Shown here: positions 27,404 to 36,366 of the stretch, piece by piece
How positions within the stretch are numbered: position 1 is the stretch's first letter
Layout: each line of letters opens with the position of its first letter
IMG/VR virus record: IMGVR_UViG_3300044692_000046
Location: 31,149 to 95,148 of that record
Length of the DNA: 64,000 nucleotides
Source of the DNA: a virus
Strand: one strand, 5' to 3'
Position numbers and translations under genes: made by a program
The notes under the pieces: model-generated
Databases searched by the model: none
What the model saw: only the letters and a program-made list of their open reading frames with translations
What the model was told of the DNA's origin: nothing

Positions 27404-27613
27404 TCAGCCGTTCTCGTCGGTGGCGAGAACCTGCTGGACGTAGGCGTCGAAGAACTCGCGGGTCACGGGGTGGCCGCACGGTTCGAGCCAGTACGTCATC
27501 GGCTGCGGCTCGTCGCGCTCGTACTGCCGGCCGCCCTGGGAGTGCAGCGTGGACGCTTCGCCGCCGCAGTCGGGGCAGGTCAGCGGCGTCAGGTAGGGCA
27601 GAGTGAGGCTCAC
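27404..27613 (-). CDS. Small Zn-ribbon protein
   Basis: CPDC...PCGH; GTGA coupling. Confidence 0.55.
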   Translation of the reverse strand: MSLTLPYLTPLTCPDCGGEASTLHSQGGRQYERDEPQPMTYWLEPCGHPVTREFFDAYVQQVLATDENG

Positions 27614-28116
27614 GTCAGCGGCCCCGTCCACACCTCGACGCCGGGCCGGCTGGCGAGGTCGGCTGGGGTCACCTCGTCGGCGTTCGCCCGGCCGCACATC
27701 CAGTCCAGCCCCGCCGCCGCACCAGCCACGGCACAGAGCTGACTACAGATGGTCACGTGCTCCTTGCCGAGGAGCTTGAACAGCCACCGCCAGTGCCAGC
27801 CCAGCGCGTTCAGGCCCAGCGCCCCGAGGTCGAGGTACGAGTACGGCTCGTTGACGGCCTTCACGGCGGTGTCGACCACCGTGCGGCGCTGCTGGTCGGT
27901 CATAATCTCGCCCGTGTTGAACGCGAGCGGCTTGCCGGCGTACTCCGACAGCCACTCGACCCGCACGCCGCGGGCTGCGGCCTCCACCACCTGGCCGTTG
28001 TCCCCGACGATGAACGCGTGGTCGTAGGGGCTGTGGGTGGCCTTGCGGATCAGCCACGACAGCAGGCCGCCGGAGTTGACGACGCCGTATCGGCCGGGCT
28101 GTATGGCACTGGGCAT
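27610..28116 (-). CDS. Permuted papain-like NlpC/P60 enzyme (YiiX/YebB, C92-like)
   Basis: SPYDHAFI..VVEA..PYSY..ICSQL; His precedes Cys; GGAGG RBS before ATG 28116. Confidence 0.85.
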   Translation of the reverse strand: MPSAIQPGRYGVVNSGGLLSWLIRKATHSPYDHAFIVGDNGQVVEAAARGVRVEWLSEYAGKPLAFNTGEIMTDQQRRTVVDTAVKAVNEPYSYLDLGALGLNALGWHWRWLFKLLGKEHVTICSQLCAVAGAAAGLDWMCGRANADEVTPADLASRPGVEVWTGPLT

Positions 28117-28387
28117 GCGGGCGCACCCCTCCCAGGTGAAGGGTCCTTCGGAGTGGAGGAACGTGCGGCGAACGTCAGGCAGCGGTCCGTTCACGGCCGC
28201 CTCCGGGGGTACGCCGGCCGGGCGCAGCGTGAGGGGAGAGGAAGGTGCTGCGCCCGGACCGACGCGGGTAGACGGCTGGCCACCGGGCAGGCACCCGTAG
28301 GTGCGGCGACAACCCGATAGAGGGGTCAGGCTCACGGTCGTCTCCACCGTGGACGCAGTGGCCAGCACGAGGTGGAGGGGTGGGCAC

Positions 28388-28434
28388 GAAGAAGCCCGCC
28401 GCGGCCGTGTGGGTGGCGTGTGCGACGGGCTCTC
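28388..28434 (-). terminator. Promoter-proximal terminator-like hairpin
   Basis: GAGCCCGTCGC...GCGGCGGGCTT followed by CTTC, about 25 nt after the predicted start site. Confidence 0.55.
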
Positions 28435-28463
28435 AGAACAGACTATGAAGCAGCCTTATGCGA

Positions 28464-28733
28464 TCACGTTAAGGTGCTGGTCAGAGCGTTGTCAACTCGC
28501 CGCGTCTCGCGTGTCGCCGCGCGGCGGTCGCGCTCGCACATCAAGATCTCCGCTTCGATCACGTACGTCCCGGTTCGATTCGTCCACGAGCGGACCCCGT
28601 GGACCCTGATCCACTGACGGATCGTTGCGGGCTTCCGGCCGGTACGCTCGGCCACCTGCTCCAGGGACATCAGGGTGCACCCAGGGCAGGAGTTCGGCCG
28701 GCGACAGGAGCAGGTGCGGTCCATTGCCGGCAC
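28464..28733 (-). CDS. Helix-turn-helix DNA-binding protein
   Basis: SLEQVAERTGRKPATIRQWIR. Confidence 0.75.
   Translation of the reverse strand: MPAMDRTCSCRRPNSCPGCTLMSLEQVAERTGRKPATIRQWIRVHGVRSWTNRTGTYVIEAEILMCERDRRAATRETRRVDNALTSTLT
28466..28495 (-). promoter_or_regulatory. Putative late promoter
   Basis: TTGACA-N18-TAACGT overlapping the 3' end of the HTH gene, facing the structural genes. Confidence 0.7.
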
Positions 28734-29060
28734 CTACCTGTTCCTCGGCAGTGCGCCGGGCGGCTGCGCCTGACCCGCTACGAGCCGGCCGCACGTTGGG
28801 ACGACTCCGTCCGCCATCCGCGTCGACAGGATGTGGGTGCCCGGCCCGAACATCTGCCTGATCTGATCCCGCTCCGATCGCGGCGGGCAGGCGTGCGAGC
28901 GGCTCAGGACGTGTACCTCGTCCAGGTCGGCCACGTAGTAGTTCCTGCCGCACACGTCGTGGGTGAGCTTCACGAACGGCGGGCTGTCCTCGATGCTGGC
29001 CAGAGACCAGCCGGAGAGGCGCCGGCGGCCGGTCAGCCACGCCCACAATCTGCGCATCAC
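28734..29060 (-). CDS. Hypothetical protein
   Basis: GTGA coupling. Confidence 0.55.
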   Translation of the reverse strand: MMRRLWAWLTGRRRLSGWSLASIEDSPPFVKLTHDVCGRNYYVADLDEVHVLSRSHACPPRSERDQIRQMFGPGTHILSTRMADGVVPTCGRLVAGQAQPPGALPRNR

Positions 29061-29650
29061 GCGATCGCCTCGAACCTGTCGAGCCTTACCGGAGTACCGC
29101 AGTTGGAGCACGGGATCGGCGGGGTAGCGAACCACACCCGCCAGAACGGCAGGCTGGCCTGCTGCACGATGTGCTTGTGCTCGTCGCACAGCAGCATCGG
29201 CGCCCACAGTGGTCCCTCACCTTGAGGGCGTCCCGTAGTCCACGGGGTCGCCTCCTCGGGGAACTCGATGGTCTTGTCGATCAGCGCGCCGACAGGCTCG
29301 TCCGGCGGCTCCTCGAACTGCTCGGGCCGGTAGTACACGCTCAGTTCCAGCCGCCCGTCCGCTACCAGGCCGTCCGTGCCGTCCTGCTTGTGGAACACCT
29401 CGCCGCCGATGCGGATCTCGGGGTGCTGCTCCCAGCCGAAACCCATCGCCTCGAACGCGAGGATCACCGTCTGCGCCGAGTCGAACATCGCCGCCCGCAC
29501 CTCCGCTGGTGTTGTCGGGTTGCCGCGCGGCTTGAGCTGGAAGACGAACTCGCAGGTGGTCGGGTATCCGCGCAGGCTGACCTTGTGGGTCACGTTCCAG
29601 CCCGCGATCTCGTCCGCAACGATGGCGATGATCTCGTCAGGGAAGCTCAC
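29057..29650 (-). CDS. Hypothetical protein with C-terminal Zn motif
   Basis: CDEH..CSNC; coupled. Confidence 0.6.
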   Translation of the reverse strand: MSFPDEIIAIVADEIAGWNVTHKVSLRGYPTTCEFVFQLKPRGNPTTPAEVRAAMFDSAQTVILAFEAMGFGWEQHPEIRIGGEVFHKQDGTDGLVADGRLELSVYYRPEQFEEPPDEPVGALIDKTIEFPEEATPWTTGRPQGEGPLWAPMLLCDEHKHIVQQASLPFWRVWFATPPIPCSNCGTPVRLDRFEAIA

Positions 29651-30047
29651 AGCGCCATTCCTCTCGGTACCCGGGGTGGTTGGAGTACGCCTCGGCACGC
29701 ACCTTGATCACGTCTTCCAGCGCAGCGATCCGCGCGTACTCGCCGCCATTCCAGAGCGTCCGCTCTCCGACTTCCAGCGAGGCCCTGTAGAGGTCGAGGA
29801 GCTTCCGGTCGGCGGCCACCTGCGCCAGCACGGAGGCCGGGTCGTTCGCGGCGATGTGCGCGGCCTGCTCGTCGGTCGGGTGGCATTCGTCGTGCGCCAC
29901 GTCGGTGCCGTCGGCGTCGATGATGCGGTTGCCGTCGTGGCCACCGGTGTGCCAGCGGCCCTCCGGGGTGTCGCCGCCGACGTCCTGCGCCAGCCGCTCC
30001 CGCTCGTCCAGCACGCCGCGCCACCACGTCACCAGGTCATCCATCAC
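29637..30047 (-). CDS. DUF6221-family protein
   Basis: HIAANDPASVLAQVAADRKLL...YSNHPGYREEW. Confidence 0.8.
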   Translation of the reverse strand: MMDDLVTWWRGVLDERERLAQDVGGDTPEGRWHTGGHDGNRIIDADGTDVAHDECHPTDEQAAHIAANDPASVLAQVAADRKLLDLYRASLEVGERTLWNGGEYARIAALEDVIKVRAEAYSNHPGYREEWRCELP

Positions 30048-30676
30048 GGCGACACCATTGTCGAATGCGTCCACCGGTACACCCAGAACGTCACGTCGTC
30101 CTCCAGTTCCGCTCGCTCGTACGAGTAGTACGACATCACTTCGCCGTCACGAGGGTCTTTCGTGATTCGGGCATATTGGTGCCCCGGAGACGGGCTGATC
30201 GTGCCGGTGTCTGCGTACGACTCGGGCGTCTCTCCATGGTGGGGACCGCCGTCGAGACGCATCACAATCCGGCGAACCGCCGAGCAGTCCACGTGCGTAG
30301 ACGCATGGTTCCGGTAGGCGTCCCACGCCTCCTGGTCGGTGTCCTGGGCTTCGCCTTGCCAGGGCTCGTCGTGGAACGCTGGGGCGTCACACCGCCACAT
30401 CCACCGACCAGCCTTTTGGTAGACGCCGATGCCGACAGGGCCGACGACGTGCTTCTTCTTCTCGATGGCAACCGTCAGCCGGTCCCGCAGCAGTACCGCC
30501 GCGTCCGGCCTGAGCCTCACCTCGAACACGTCGCCGCCGTGACCATCGGAGTAGCCGCACAGCCGGATCTCGTCCGTCCAGGACGCCGCCGTTGCCACGT
30601 CGAGGATCGTGTCGTTGGGCTGATCGTGCTCCGCGAGCACCTCGCGGCCGTCGTGGATGCTGCCCCAGATGCTCAC
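30044..30676 (-). CDS. Hypothetical protein
   Basis: Coupled ORF. Confidence 0.6.
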   Translation of the reverse strand: MSIWGSIHDGREVLAEHDQPNDTILDVATAASWTDEIRLCGYSDGHGGDVFEVRLRPDAAVLLRDRLTVAIEKKKHVVGPVGIGVYQKAGRWMWRCDAPAFHDEPWQGEAQDTDQEAWDAYRNHASTHVDCSAVRRIVMRLDGGPHHGETPESYADTGTISPSPGHQYARITKDPRDGEVMSYYSYERAELEDDVTFWVYRWTHSTMVSP

Positions 30677-31122
30677 CGCTTCCCGCCTTCCAGTCGGTCC
30701 ATCTCGATCCAGGAGTCGTCGGCCGGGGCGGGCTGCGGCTTCCAGGACGGATCGGCGGTACGTCCCGGCTGCTCGGTGTGCCCGCGCGACGGATCGTGCA
30801 TGAAGGCTGCCAGCACGTCGGGCGGGATGGGCGGCATCGGCCGGCGCATGGACTCCTCGATCAGCCGCTGCCGTTCCGCGATCCGCGCCATCGCCGCCTC
30901 CTCATCCGGGGAGCCGTACATCGCCACCGTCAGCACGTACCGGCGGTCCTCGTCCGGCACGCCCCGATCCTGCATCGCCATGTCCGCGAGGCTCAGCGTG
31001 CGACGCAGCCAGCCGACATGCGCGTTGTACGTCGGGTCCTTGAGGAACGCTTCGTCGGCTCGGGACATGCGGTCCAGGTAGTTGCCGATCAACTCGTCCA
31101 CGAGGTCGCTCTCGCCTCTCAC
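30673..31122 (-). CDS. Hypothetical protein
   Basis: GTGA coupling. Confidence 0.6.
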   Translation of the reverse strand: MRGESDLVDELIGNYLDRMSRADEAFLKDPTYNAHVGWLRRTLSLADMAMQDRGVPDEDRRYVLTVAMYGSPDEEAAMARIAERQRLIEESMRRPMPPIPPDVLAAFMHDPSRGHTEQPGRTADPSWKPQPAPADDSWIEMDRLEGGKR

Positions 31123-31958
31123 GCCGCCCCTCCTGCCTGCTCCGCTTCCATCGCCGCCAACTCGGCCTCCACCCGCTCGTCGAACTCCCCAGGACGTGGC
31201 TCCCTGCGCCCCGGCACGCGCCGTGGGCCCACCAGTGCGTGGCAGAACGAGCACTCCTCCCACGCCGACAGCGGGAACCGCTTCAACGTCAGCAGGTCGC
31301 ATTTCGGGCACGGCACCGGCAGCGCCTTGGCCGACATGCCCGTGACGCGGCGCATCAGCGCCAGATGCTCCCGCAGCTCCTCGCAGAAGTCCCCGAACGC
31401 CTCATCGTGGTCCGCCGCCCAGTCCACCCGCGCCCGCAGCCAGCCGGCCAGCCGGTCCGGGGTCGGCACCGGCAGCCGCTCCGGCAGCATGTCGGCGCGC
31501 GCCTCCTGCCAGTACCTCGCCCACTGATCCAGCCACCGCAGCGTCGGAATCTCCCCGGTCTGATCGTTCGCGGGCACCAGCTCCGGGGAGCCGTCCGCGG
31601 CGCGCACCAGGTGCCGTTCCCACGTCACCACCTGCCGGGAGCCGCCCTCCACGTCCACTGTCACGACTCGCCGCTGTGTCACGATGTGCGGCACCAGCCC
31701 GTCAGACACGCCGTCCCGTAGCCGGTGGGAGTGGATCGACGGGACGGGCAGCATCAGGTCCAGGGCGTGCAGGTTCAGCCGGCCTGTCGAGGTCAGCACC
31801 TCATCCGGCAGGTGGTGCGTCCACAGGTCCACCAGTTCGTCCAGCGCGGTCCGCGGCCACTGCCGGCACCACCAGCAGATGTCGCCCTCGCCGGGTTTCG
31901 GGTCGCGGCGGAAGCACAGGACGCAGGAGCCTTCCGGCTGCACGGTCTCCTCGGTCAT
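31119..31958 (-). CDS. Zn-finger protein resembling actinophage late-gene regulators
   Basis: CVLC..CWWC N-terminus; LAGWLRARVDWA..DFCEEL; CPKC..CSFC; no C-terminal HTH. Confidence 0.6.
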   Translation of the reverse strand: MTEETVQPEGSCVLCFRRDPKPGEGDICWWCRQWPRTALDELVDLWTHHLPDEVLTSTGRLNLHALDLMLPVPSIHSHRLRDGVSDGLVPHIVTQRRVVTVDVEGGSRQVVTWERHLVRAADGSPELVPANDQTGEIPTLRWLDQWARYWQEARADMLPERLPVPTPDRLAGWLRARVDWAADHDEAFGDFCEELREHLALMRRVTGMSAKALPVPCPKCDLLTLKRFPLSAWEECSFCHALVGPRRVPGRREPRPGEFDERVEAELAAMEAEQAGGAA

Positions 31959-32869
31959 CGCCGCGACCCCCTGAGTTCGTAGGGTCGGCCGGCGCCGACG
32001 ATGGAGTCGATGGATCTCCACGTCGGGACCGGCTCGTTGTCGTAGGGCTCGAACAGGACAGCCACGCTCCTGAGTGGCTGGCGCGTTCGCTCGGCCAGCC
32101 GGGCGACCACCGCCGCCTCTAGTGCCCCGTGCTTCTCGTGCTCCAGCGGCGGGCGGTACTGACGCTCCCAGCCCGCCTCGTGCGCCATCGAAGGCGCGGG
32201 CGGTAGAGGTGGCGGCTCGTACGTCGAGACGGTGTAGGACGGCGGCGGCCACTCCTCTAGCGAGTACGCCTCTTGGCCCACCGTCAGCGAGGTCCCATCA
32301 ATCTGGGAGCCTCCGATGATTTCCCGCAGGAAGTTGCCGGCGTAGGCGCCAAAACCCGATGGGTAGGGCGTGAGCTCCACGGGGCACGTCGCTCCGCTGG
32401 TGCGGACCGCGGAACCGTGGTGTCCGCCGCCGGCTATGTTGTCCAACTCGGCACGCGGGACAGCTCGTTCCCCCGACCCATCGTCCATCAGGAGCGTGCC
32501 CTCACGGCGACAGAACGCGCATGCGCACGCGAGGTCCACGGTGAGCGTGACGGTGCCCGCATCTCTTCCAGGTTGGAATCCGGCCTCGGCCACGACCTCT
32601 TCAATCGGTCGCCACAGGCCAGAAGGCGTCGGCGTTGATTTCGGCGCCCACCGCATCGAGTCGCCACGCGTGTAGCCCGACATGTCGCTGTCCAGCGGGA
32701 AGAGTTGCCGTGCTCCTACCTGCTCGGCCGTCCATCCGCGCTGGCACGCTGGCGAACAGAACCAGCCCGACTCGCCATCTGCGGGCAACGGCTCGCCGCA
32801 GTGCGCACACCGCTCCTCGACTGCGCTGTCGATGGCGTCCAGCACGCTGTCCGCGCGTTCCCGGTTCAC
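31955..32869 (-). CDS. Hypothetical protein with treble-clef Zn motif
   Basis: CAHCG..FCSPAC. Confidence 0.55.
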   Translation of the reverse strand: MNRERADSVLDAIDSAVEERCAHCGEPLPADGESGWFCSPACQRGWTAEQVGARQLFPLDSDMSGYTRGDSMRWAPKSTPTPSGLWRPIEEVVAEAGFQPGRDAGTVTLTVDLACACAFCRREGTLLMDDGSGERAVPRAELDNIAGGGHHGSAVRTSGATCPVELTPYPSGFGAYAGNFLREIIGGSQIDGTSLTVGQEAYSLEEWPPPSYTVSTYEPPPLPPAPSMAHEAGWERQYRPPLEHEKHGALEAAVVARLAERTRQPLRSVAVLFEPYDNEPVPTWRSIDSIVGAGRPYELRGSRR

Positions 32870-33183
32870 CGTTTCCCCCTCATCCTCAGCCGCCCGATCC
32901 GGCGCCACGGTGCAACTCGTCTTGGAGCGTCGGCTGGAACTTCCAACTCGGGTGCCCTCTGTGTTGGAACCTGCGGAACCCCTTCGACCTCCACCTCGGC
33001 CGCGAACGTGGCCACCATGGAGTTGGTTGGCGGCGTCGACGCCATCGCGGCCAGTGGCCGCGCCAGCAGGTCCATCGACGGCAACTCGTGCGCGCCTTGC
33101 CGCATGTAGAAGTACTGGTGGTCGTAGGAGCAGTAGTCCAGGCTCACGCCGTTCGCTGGCTTACCGCATGGGCAGGTGTTCAC
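32866..33183 (-). CDS. Hypothetical protein
   Basis: CPCG..YCSYDH; coupled. Confidence 0.55.
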   Translation of the reverse strand: MNTCPCGKPANGVSLDYCSYDHQYFYMRQGAHELPSMDLLARPLAAMASTPPTNSMVATFAAEVEVEGVPQVPTQRAPELEVPADAPRRVAPWRRIGRLRMRGKR

Positions 33184-33308
33184 CGCGGCTCCCCGATCGT
33201 CCAGTGCATCCCCAACAGGAGCCCGACCGTCAACACCCCGAGCACAGCCACCCGGGCTAGGTAAGCCCACTGGGTGCGAGCGAGGAACAGCCACGTCAGG
33301 GCGGTCAC
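33180..33308 (-). CDS. Small membrane protein
   Basis: Hydrophobic 42 aa, coupled at both ends. Confidence 0.5.
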   Translation of the reverse strand: MTALTWLFLARTQWAYLARVAVLGVLTVGLLLGMHWTIGEPR

Positions 33309-33502
33309 AGCGGCACCTCCTCTAGCGGCTCCCGCTTCGCCCCGTACCGCAGCAGACAGTCCCAGGAGCAGAAGTGGTGCGGGCCGGAGCCGTCCGAAAC
33401 GCTCACCCAGCCCGAGCGGTACGGCGGGGTGTCGCCCAGCTCGGAACGCTGGTGGGAGTCGCAGTCGGGTCCCTCGCACATCCACAGGGCGGCCAGCGTC
33501 AT
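33305..33502 (-). CDS. Small Zn-binding protein
   Basis: CEGPDC..HFCSWDC. Confidence 0.6.
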   Translation of the reverse strand: MTLAALWMCEGPDCDSHQRSELGDTPPYRSGWVSVSDGSGPHHFCSWDCLLRYGAKREPLEEVPL

Positions 33503-33879
33503 CGGTACGCCTCCTGTGCCCGCCTCAGTGCGTTGATGCCCAGCGCGGACCGCACGCCCTTCTCCTGGTTCGCCTCGGACACGGCCTGAATCTGAAAGTC
33601 CACCGGCAGACCTGACGCGCGGCCCAGCCAGTCCGACAGCGCGCAGTTGACGAAGCGGCGCAGGTGCGGCATGGCCTCGGGGAACATCGCCTCTACCACG
33701 TCGTCGTTGAGCACGAGCCGCACATCCACGTCCCGGAAGTCCTGCCGCGTGAACACGCTGCCCACCAGGTAGGGGCAGCAGCCGAACGCCTCCACGACCG
33801 CAACACAGGCGTGGTCGAGGCGGTACATGTCGTGCGGGCCGAGGAAGGTGGAGCGGGTGCGCGCCGCCGGCTCAGTCAT
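33499..33879 (-). CDS. Minimal nucleotidyltransferase (Pol beta superfamily)
   Basis: YLVGS..RDVDV..VDFQ. Confidence 0.75.
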   Translation of the reverse strand: MTEPAARTRSTFLGPHDMYRLDHACVAVVEAFGCCPYLVGSVFTRQDFRDVDVRLVLNDDVVEAMFPEAMPHLRRFVNCALSDWLGRASGLPVDFQIQAVSEANQEKGVRSALGINALRRAQEAYR

Positions 33880-34147
33880 GATCGGTCGCCGCTCGCGCGC
33901 CGAACTCGCGCTCGAAGTACGCGTCGATCATCGCCTCGTGGTAGCGAGACTTCTTGTCCGGCGGCATCGTCTCGGCCAGCTCGGACACGGTCATCTCGCG
34001 TCGGTACTGGCACTCGCTTATCTCGTGGCCGAAGTCGCCGCCACGCTCGTCCCCGCACCGCGAGCAGTGCGGGTTCCGGCGACCGACCGAGATCGGGGGC
34101 TTGTCGGCGCGGTCGTCGTCACGCGCCTCAGATAGGGGGGTGGACAC
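33872..34147 (-). CDS. Hypothetical protein
   Basis: CSRC..H..C; GAGG RBS. Confidence 0.55.
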   Translation of the reverse strand: MSTPLSEARDDDRADKPPISVGRRNPHCSRCGDERGGDFGHEISECQYRREMTVSELAETMPPDKKSRYHEAMIDAYFEREFGARAATDHD

Positions 34148-34270
34148 GGAGGACCCTCACCAGGCAGATAGCCGAGGAGGGGTCGACTCGGTGGTGCTGG
34201 TTGCAGTCTGCCATACACGCAGGTCAGGTTGCCAACGATGGGCGTCGATCTCCGACGGCGTGTCGCGGGG

Positions 34271-34456
34271 CTACTTGGCCGGCGGCGCAACCGACTTGAA
34301 GTCGATCTGGATCTGCGTCCGCGCGCCCTCGGCCCTGGCCACGATCGGCGTCATGCGTTCCATCAGCGAGCCGAGATCCTGAGCGTCCACCGTCTGGCCC
34401 TTGTATGAGCCGCGCACCCCGGACGGGATTGGCCACCACTCCACCGTGTACCTCAC
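34271..34456 (-). CDS. Small protein divergent from the recombinase
   Basis: TAGGCT 7 nt before GTG 34456; 61 aa. Confidence 0.55.
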   Translation of the reverse strand: MRYTVEWWPIPSGVRGSYKGQTVDAQDLGSLMERMTPIVARAEGARTQIQIDFKSVAPPAK

Positions 34457-34590
34457 GATCGTCAGCCTACGGCCGGGCTGATCGTTTGAGGGCGGGTTTG
34501 AGGGAGGTGACACGGACGGAGGAAGGTGGCGGAGCGATCTAGATGGCGGAGCGACGTAGCTAGATCCGTTGCCAGACAAGCTCACTGGGC

Positions 34591-34618
34591 GTTCGTGATA
34601 ATCCCCGTTATGATCGGT
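34591..34618 (+). promoter_or_regulatory. dif-like recombination site overlapping the recombinase -10 box
   Basis: GTTCGTGATAA-TCCCCG-TTATGATCGGT, 11-6-11 layout with ATAA/TTAT core; TATGAT 6 nt before ATG. Confidence 0.7.
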
Positions 34619-34620
34619 CC

Positions 34621-35706
34621 ATGGGTTCCGACCTCGAGTATCTAGAGAGATCGCCGGGGCACCTCATCCGGCACCGCGGCAAGAAGATCACCGAAGAGGA
34701 GATCTGGGCGACGGTCCAACTCCTGCCGATCCCCGGCGACCACGACGACCGCTACGGGGCTCCCCGGCTCACCTCGAGCTGGCTCAGCAAGTTCAAGTCC
34801 CCCCACACGGTCGCCGCCTACGGACGTGATCTTGCGCAGTGGCTCATGTGGTGCGAGGAGGAAGGGCTCGATCCACTCGAGGTCCGCCGCGCCGACGTCG
34901 ACCGCTTCATCCGGAGCCTTGACGAAGCCGACCGGCCGCCCGTCGCGTCCACGATCGCCCGCAAGCTGTCCGCGATCTCGTCCTGGTACAAGTACCTCGC
35001 CAGCAATCGCATCCTCGGGCACAACCCGCTGTCCGCGGTCGACCGGCCCGAGTTCGACAAGGACCGGTCCAAGACGGTCGGGCTGTCAGTCAAGGAGGTC
35101 TGGGCGTTCATGGCGCGGCTGCGCCTCGAGCGAGGACCGCAGGCTGTCCGGGACCGCGCGATGCTCGGCGTCCTCCTCGAGCTGGGCCTGCGCGTCGGGG
35201 AGCTCGCTCGAGCAGACATCGCCGACGTCCACCACCGCGCCGGACACCGGGCGCTGCTCGTCCACGGCAAAGGCGGCCGGGACCGCGTCCTGCCGATCCC
35301 GGCACCTGTGGCGCTCGAGCTCGATGCCTACCTCGAGCAGCGCGCCGCCGACGCTGGCGTTCCGGTCGAGGAACTCGAGGGCCCGCTGTTTGTCACCTCA
35401 GGCGCCAAGGCGCAGGGCGAGCTCGAGCGGAGCCGGCTCACCCAGCCGCACGTGTTCGCGCTGATCCGTCGTATCGCCAAGGCCGCCGAGATCCCGTCTT
35501 GGCGCTCGCTGTCCCCGCACAGCTTCCGCCACACCGCTGCGACCGCCGCGCTCAACGACGGCGCCTCGCTGCGCGACGTCCAAGACTTCCTCGGCCATGC
35601 CGACCCACGGACCACTCGGCGGTACGACCGGGACCGCGGCGCCCTCGAGCGCTCCCCCGCCTACCGGCTTGCGTCCCTGTTCGCTCCCACCACCGACGAG
35701 GACTAG
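34621..35706 (+). CDS. XerC/D-family tyrosine recombinase
   Basis: GLRVGE (R), GKG (K), SPHSFR (HxxR), LGHADPRTTRRY (H, Y); SAM-like N-terminal domain. Confidence 0.95.
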   Translation: MGSDLEYLERSPGHLIRHRGKKITEEEIWATVQLLPIPGDHDDRYGAPRLTSSWLSKFKSPHTVAAYGRDLAQWLMWCEEEGLDPLEVRRADVDRFIRSLDEADRPPVASTIARKLSAISSWYKYLASNRILGHNPLSAVDRPEFDKDRSKTVGLSVKEVWAFMARLRLERGPQAVRDRAMLGVLLELGLRVGELARADIADVHHRAGHRALLVHGKGGRDRVLPIPAPVALELDAYLEQRAADAGVPVEELEGPLFVTSGAKAQGELERSRLTQPHVFALIRRIAKAAEIPSWRSLSPHSFRHTAATAALNDGASLRDVQDFLGHADPRTTRRYDRDRGALERSPAYRLASLFAPTTDED

Positions 35707-35709
35707 CCC

Positions 35710-36330
35710 GTGGTCATGCTGATCTTGGAGCAGATCTTCGAGCTTCGCGAGAACCAGCCACCCGAGGTGACCGATGCGGAGGTGCTCCTCGAGGAGCCCC
35801 GCAACCAGCCTTGCGGACGGTTCACCAAGGCAGGCGCGCCGTGCAAGCATCAGCGGAAGCCGAGCCAGGCGGCGTGCGGTCAGCACGCCAGCCACGAAGA
35901 GACTCGAGCGTACGAGGAGCAGTTGGTCGCCGCGAGGGAGCTACGCGAGGCGTACTGGTCTCAGCTCGAGCCCTGCTGCTGGCACTGGCCAATCACTGAG
36001 GACGACCGGGCTCGAGTGGCAACGGCCGAGGACCCGATGCAGGCGATCTACGACTGGCAGGCTGGCCGCTGCGCGGTCTGCGGCGGGAGCAACGAGCGGC
36101 GAGACTTCGTCCTCGACCACGACCACTACACCGGCCTGTCTCGAGGCTGGCTGTGCTGGATGTGCAACCGAGCCGAAGGCGCTGGCCGGAAGCGCGAGTA
36201 CGAGAAGTATCGGCACCAGCATCCCGCCTCGATGTTCGGCGTCCGCGACGTGTACGAGGGTCCGTGGTGGAACCCCCGCGATCTGCGGCGTGATCGGTCC
36301 TGGATCGAAGAGGAGTTCGGGGCCTCCTGA
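35710..36330 (+). CDS. Endonuclease VII-domain protein with N-terminal Zn finger
   Basis: CAVC..LDHDHYTGLSRGWLCWMCN; CGRFTKAGAPC..CGQH. Confidence 0.85.
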   Translation: MVMLILEQIFELRENQPPEVTDAEVLLEEPRNQPCGRFTKAGAPCKHQRKPSQAACGQHASHEETRAYEEQLVAARELREAYWSQLEPCCWHWPITEDDRARVATAEDPMQAIYDWQAGRCAVCGGSNERRDFVLDHDHYTGLSRGWLCWMCNRAEGAGRKREYEKYRHQHPASMFGVRDVYEGPWWNPRDLRRDRSWIEEEFGAS

Positions 36331-36339
36331 GACGCAGAA

Positions 36340-36366
36340 CGGGCGCCCTCCCGAAGGTGGCGCCCG
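36340..36366. terminator. Hairpin between convergent genes
   Basis: CGGGCGCC/GGCGCCCG stem. Confidence 0.65.

Noticed and set aside
28117-28460. tRNA or known riboswitch in the late leader
   Set aside because: No cloverleaf, T-loop GTTC motif or recognisable aptamer consensus seen by eye; kept only as an unclassified structured leader.
34621-35706. The prophage's own integrase marking an att boundary
   Set aside because: Phage early genes continue on both sides, the enzyme is Xer-like with its own dif-like site, and no host genes or tRNA are adjacent.
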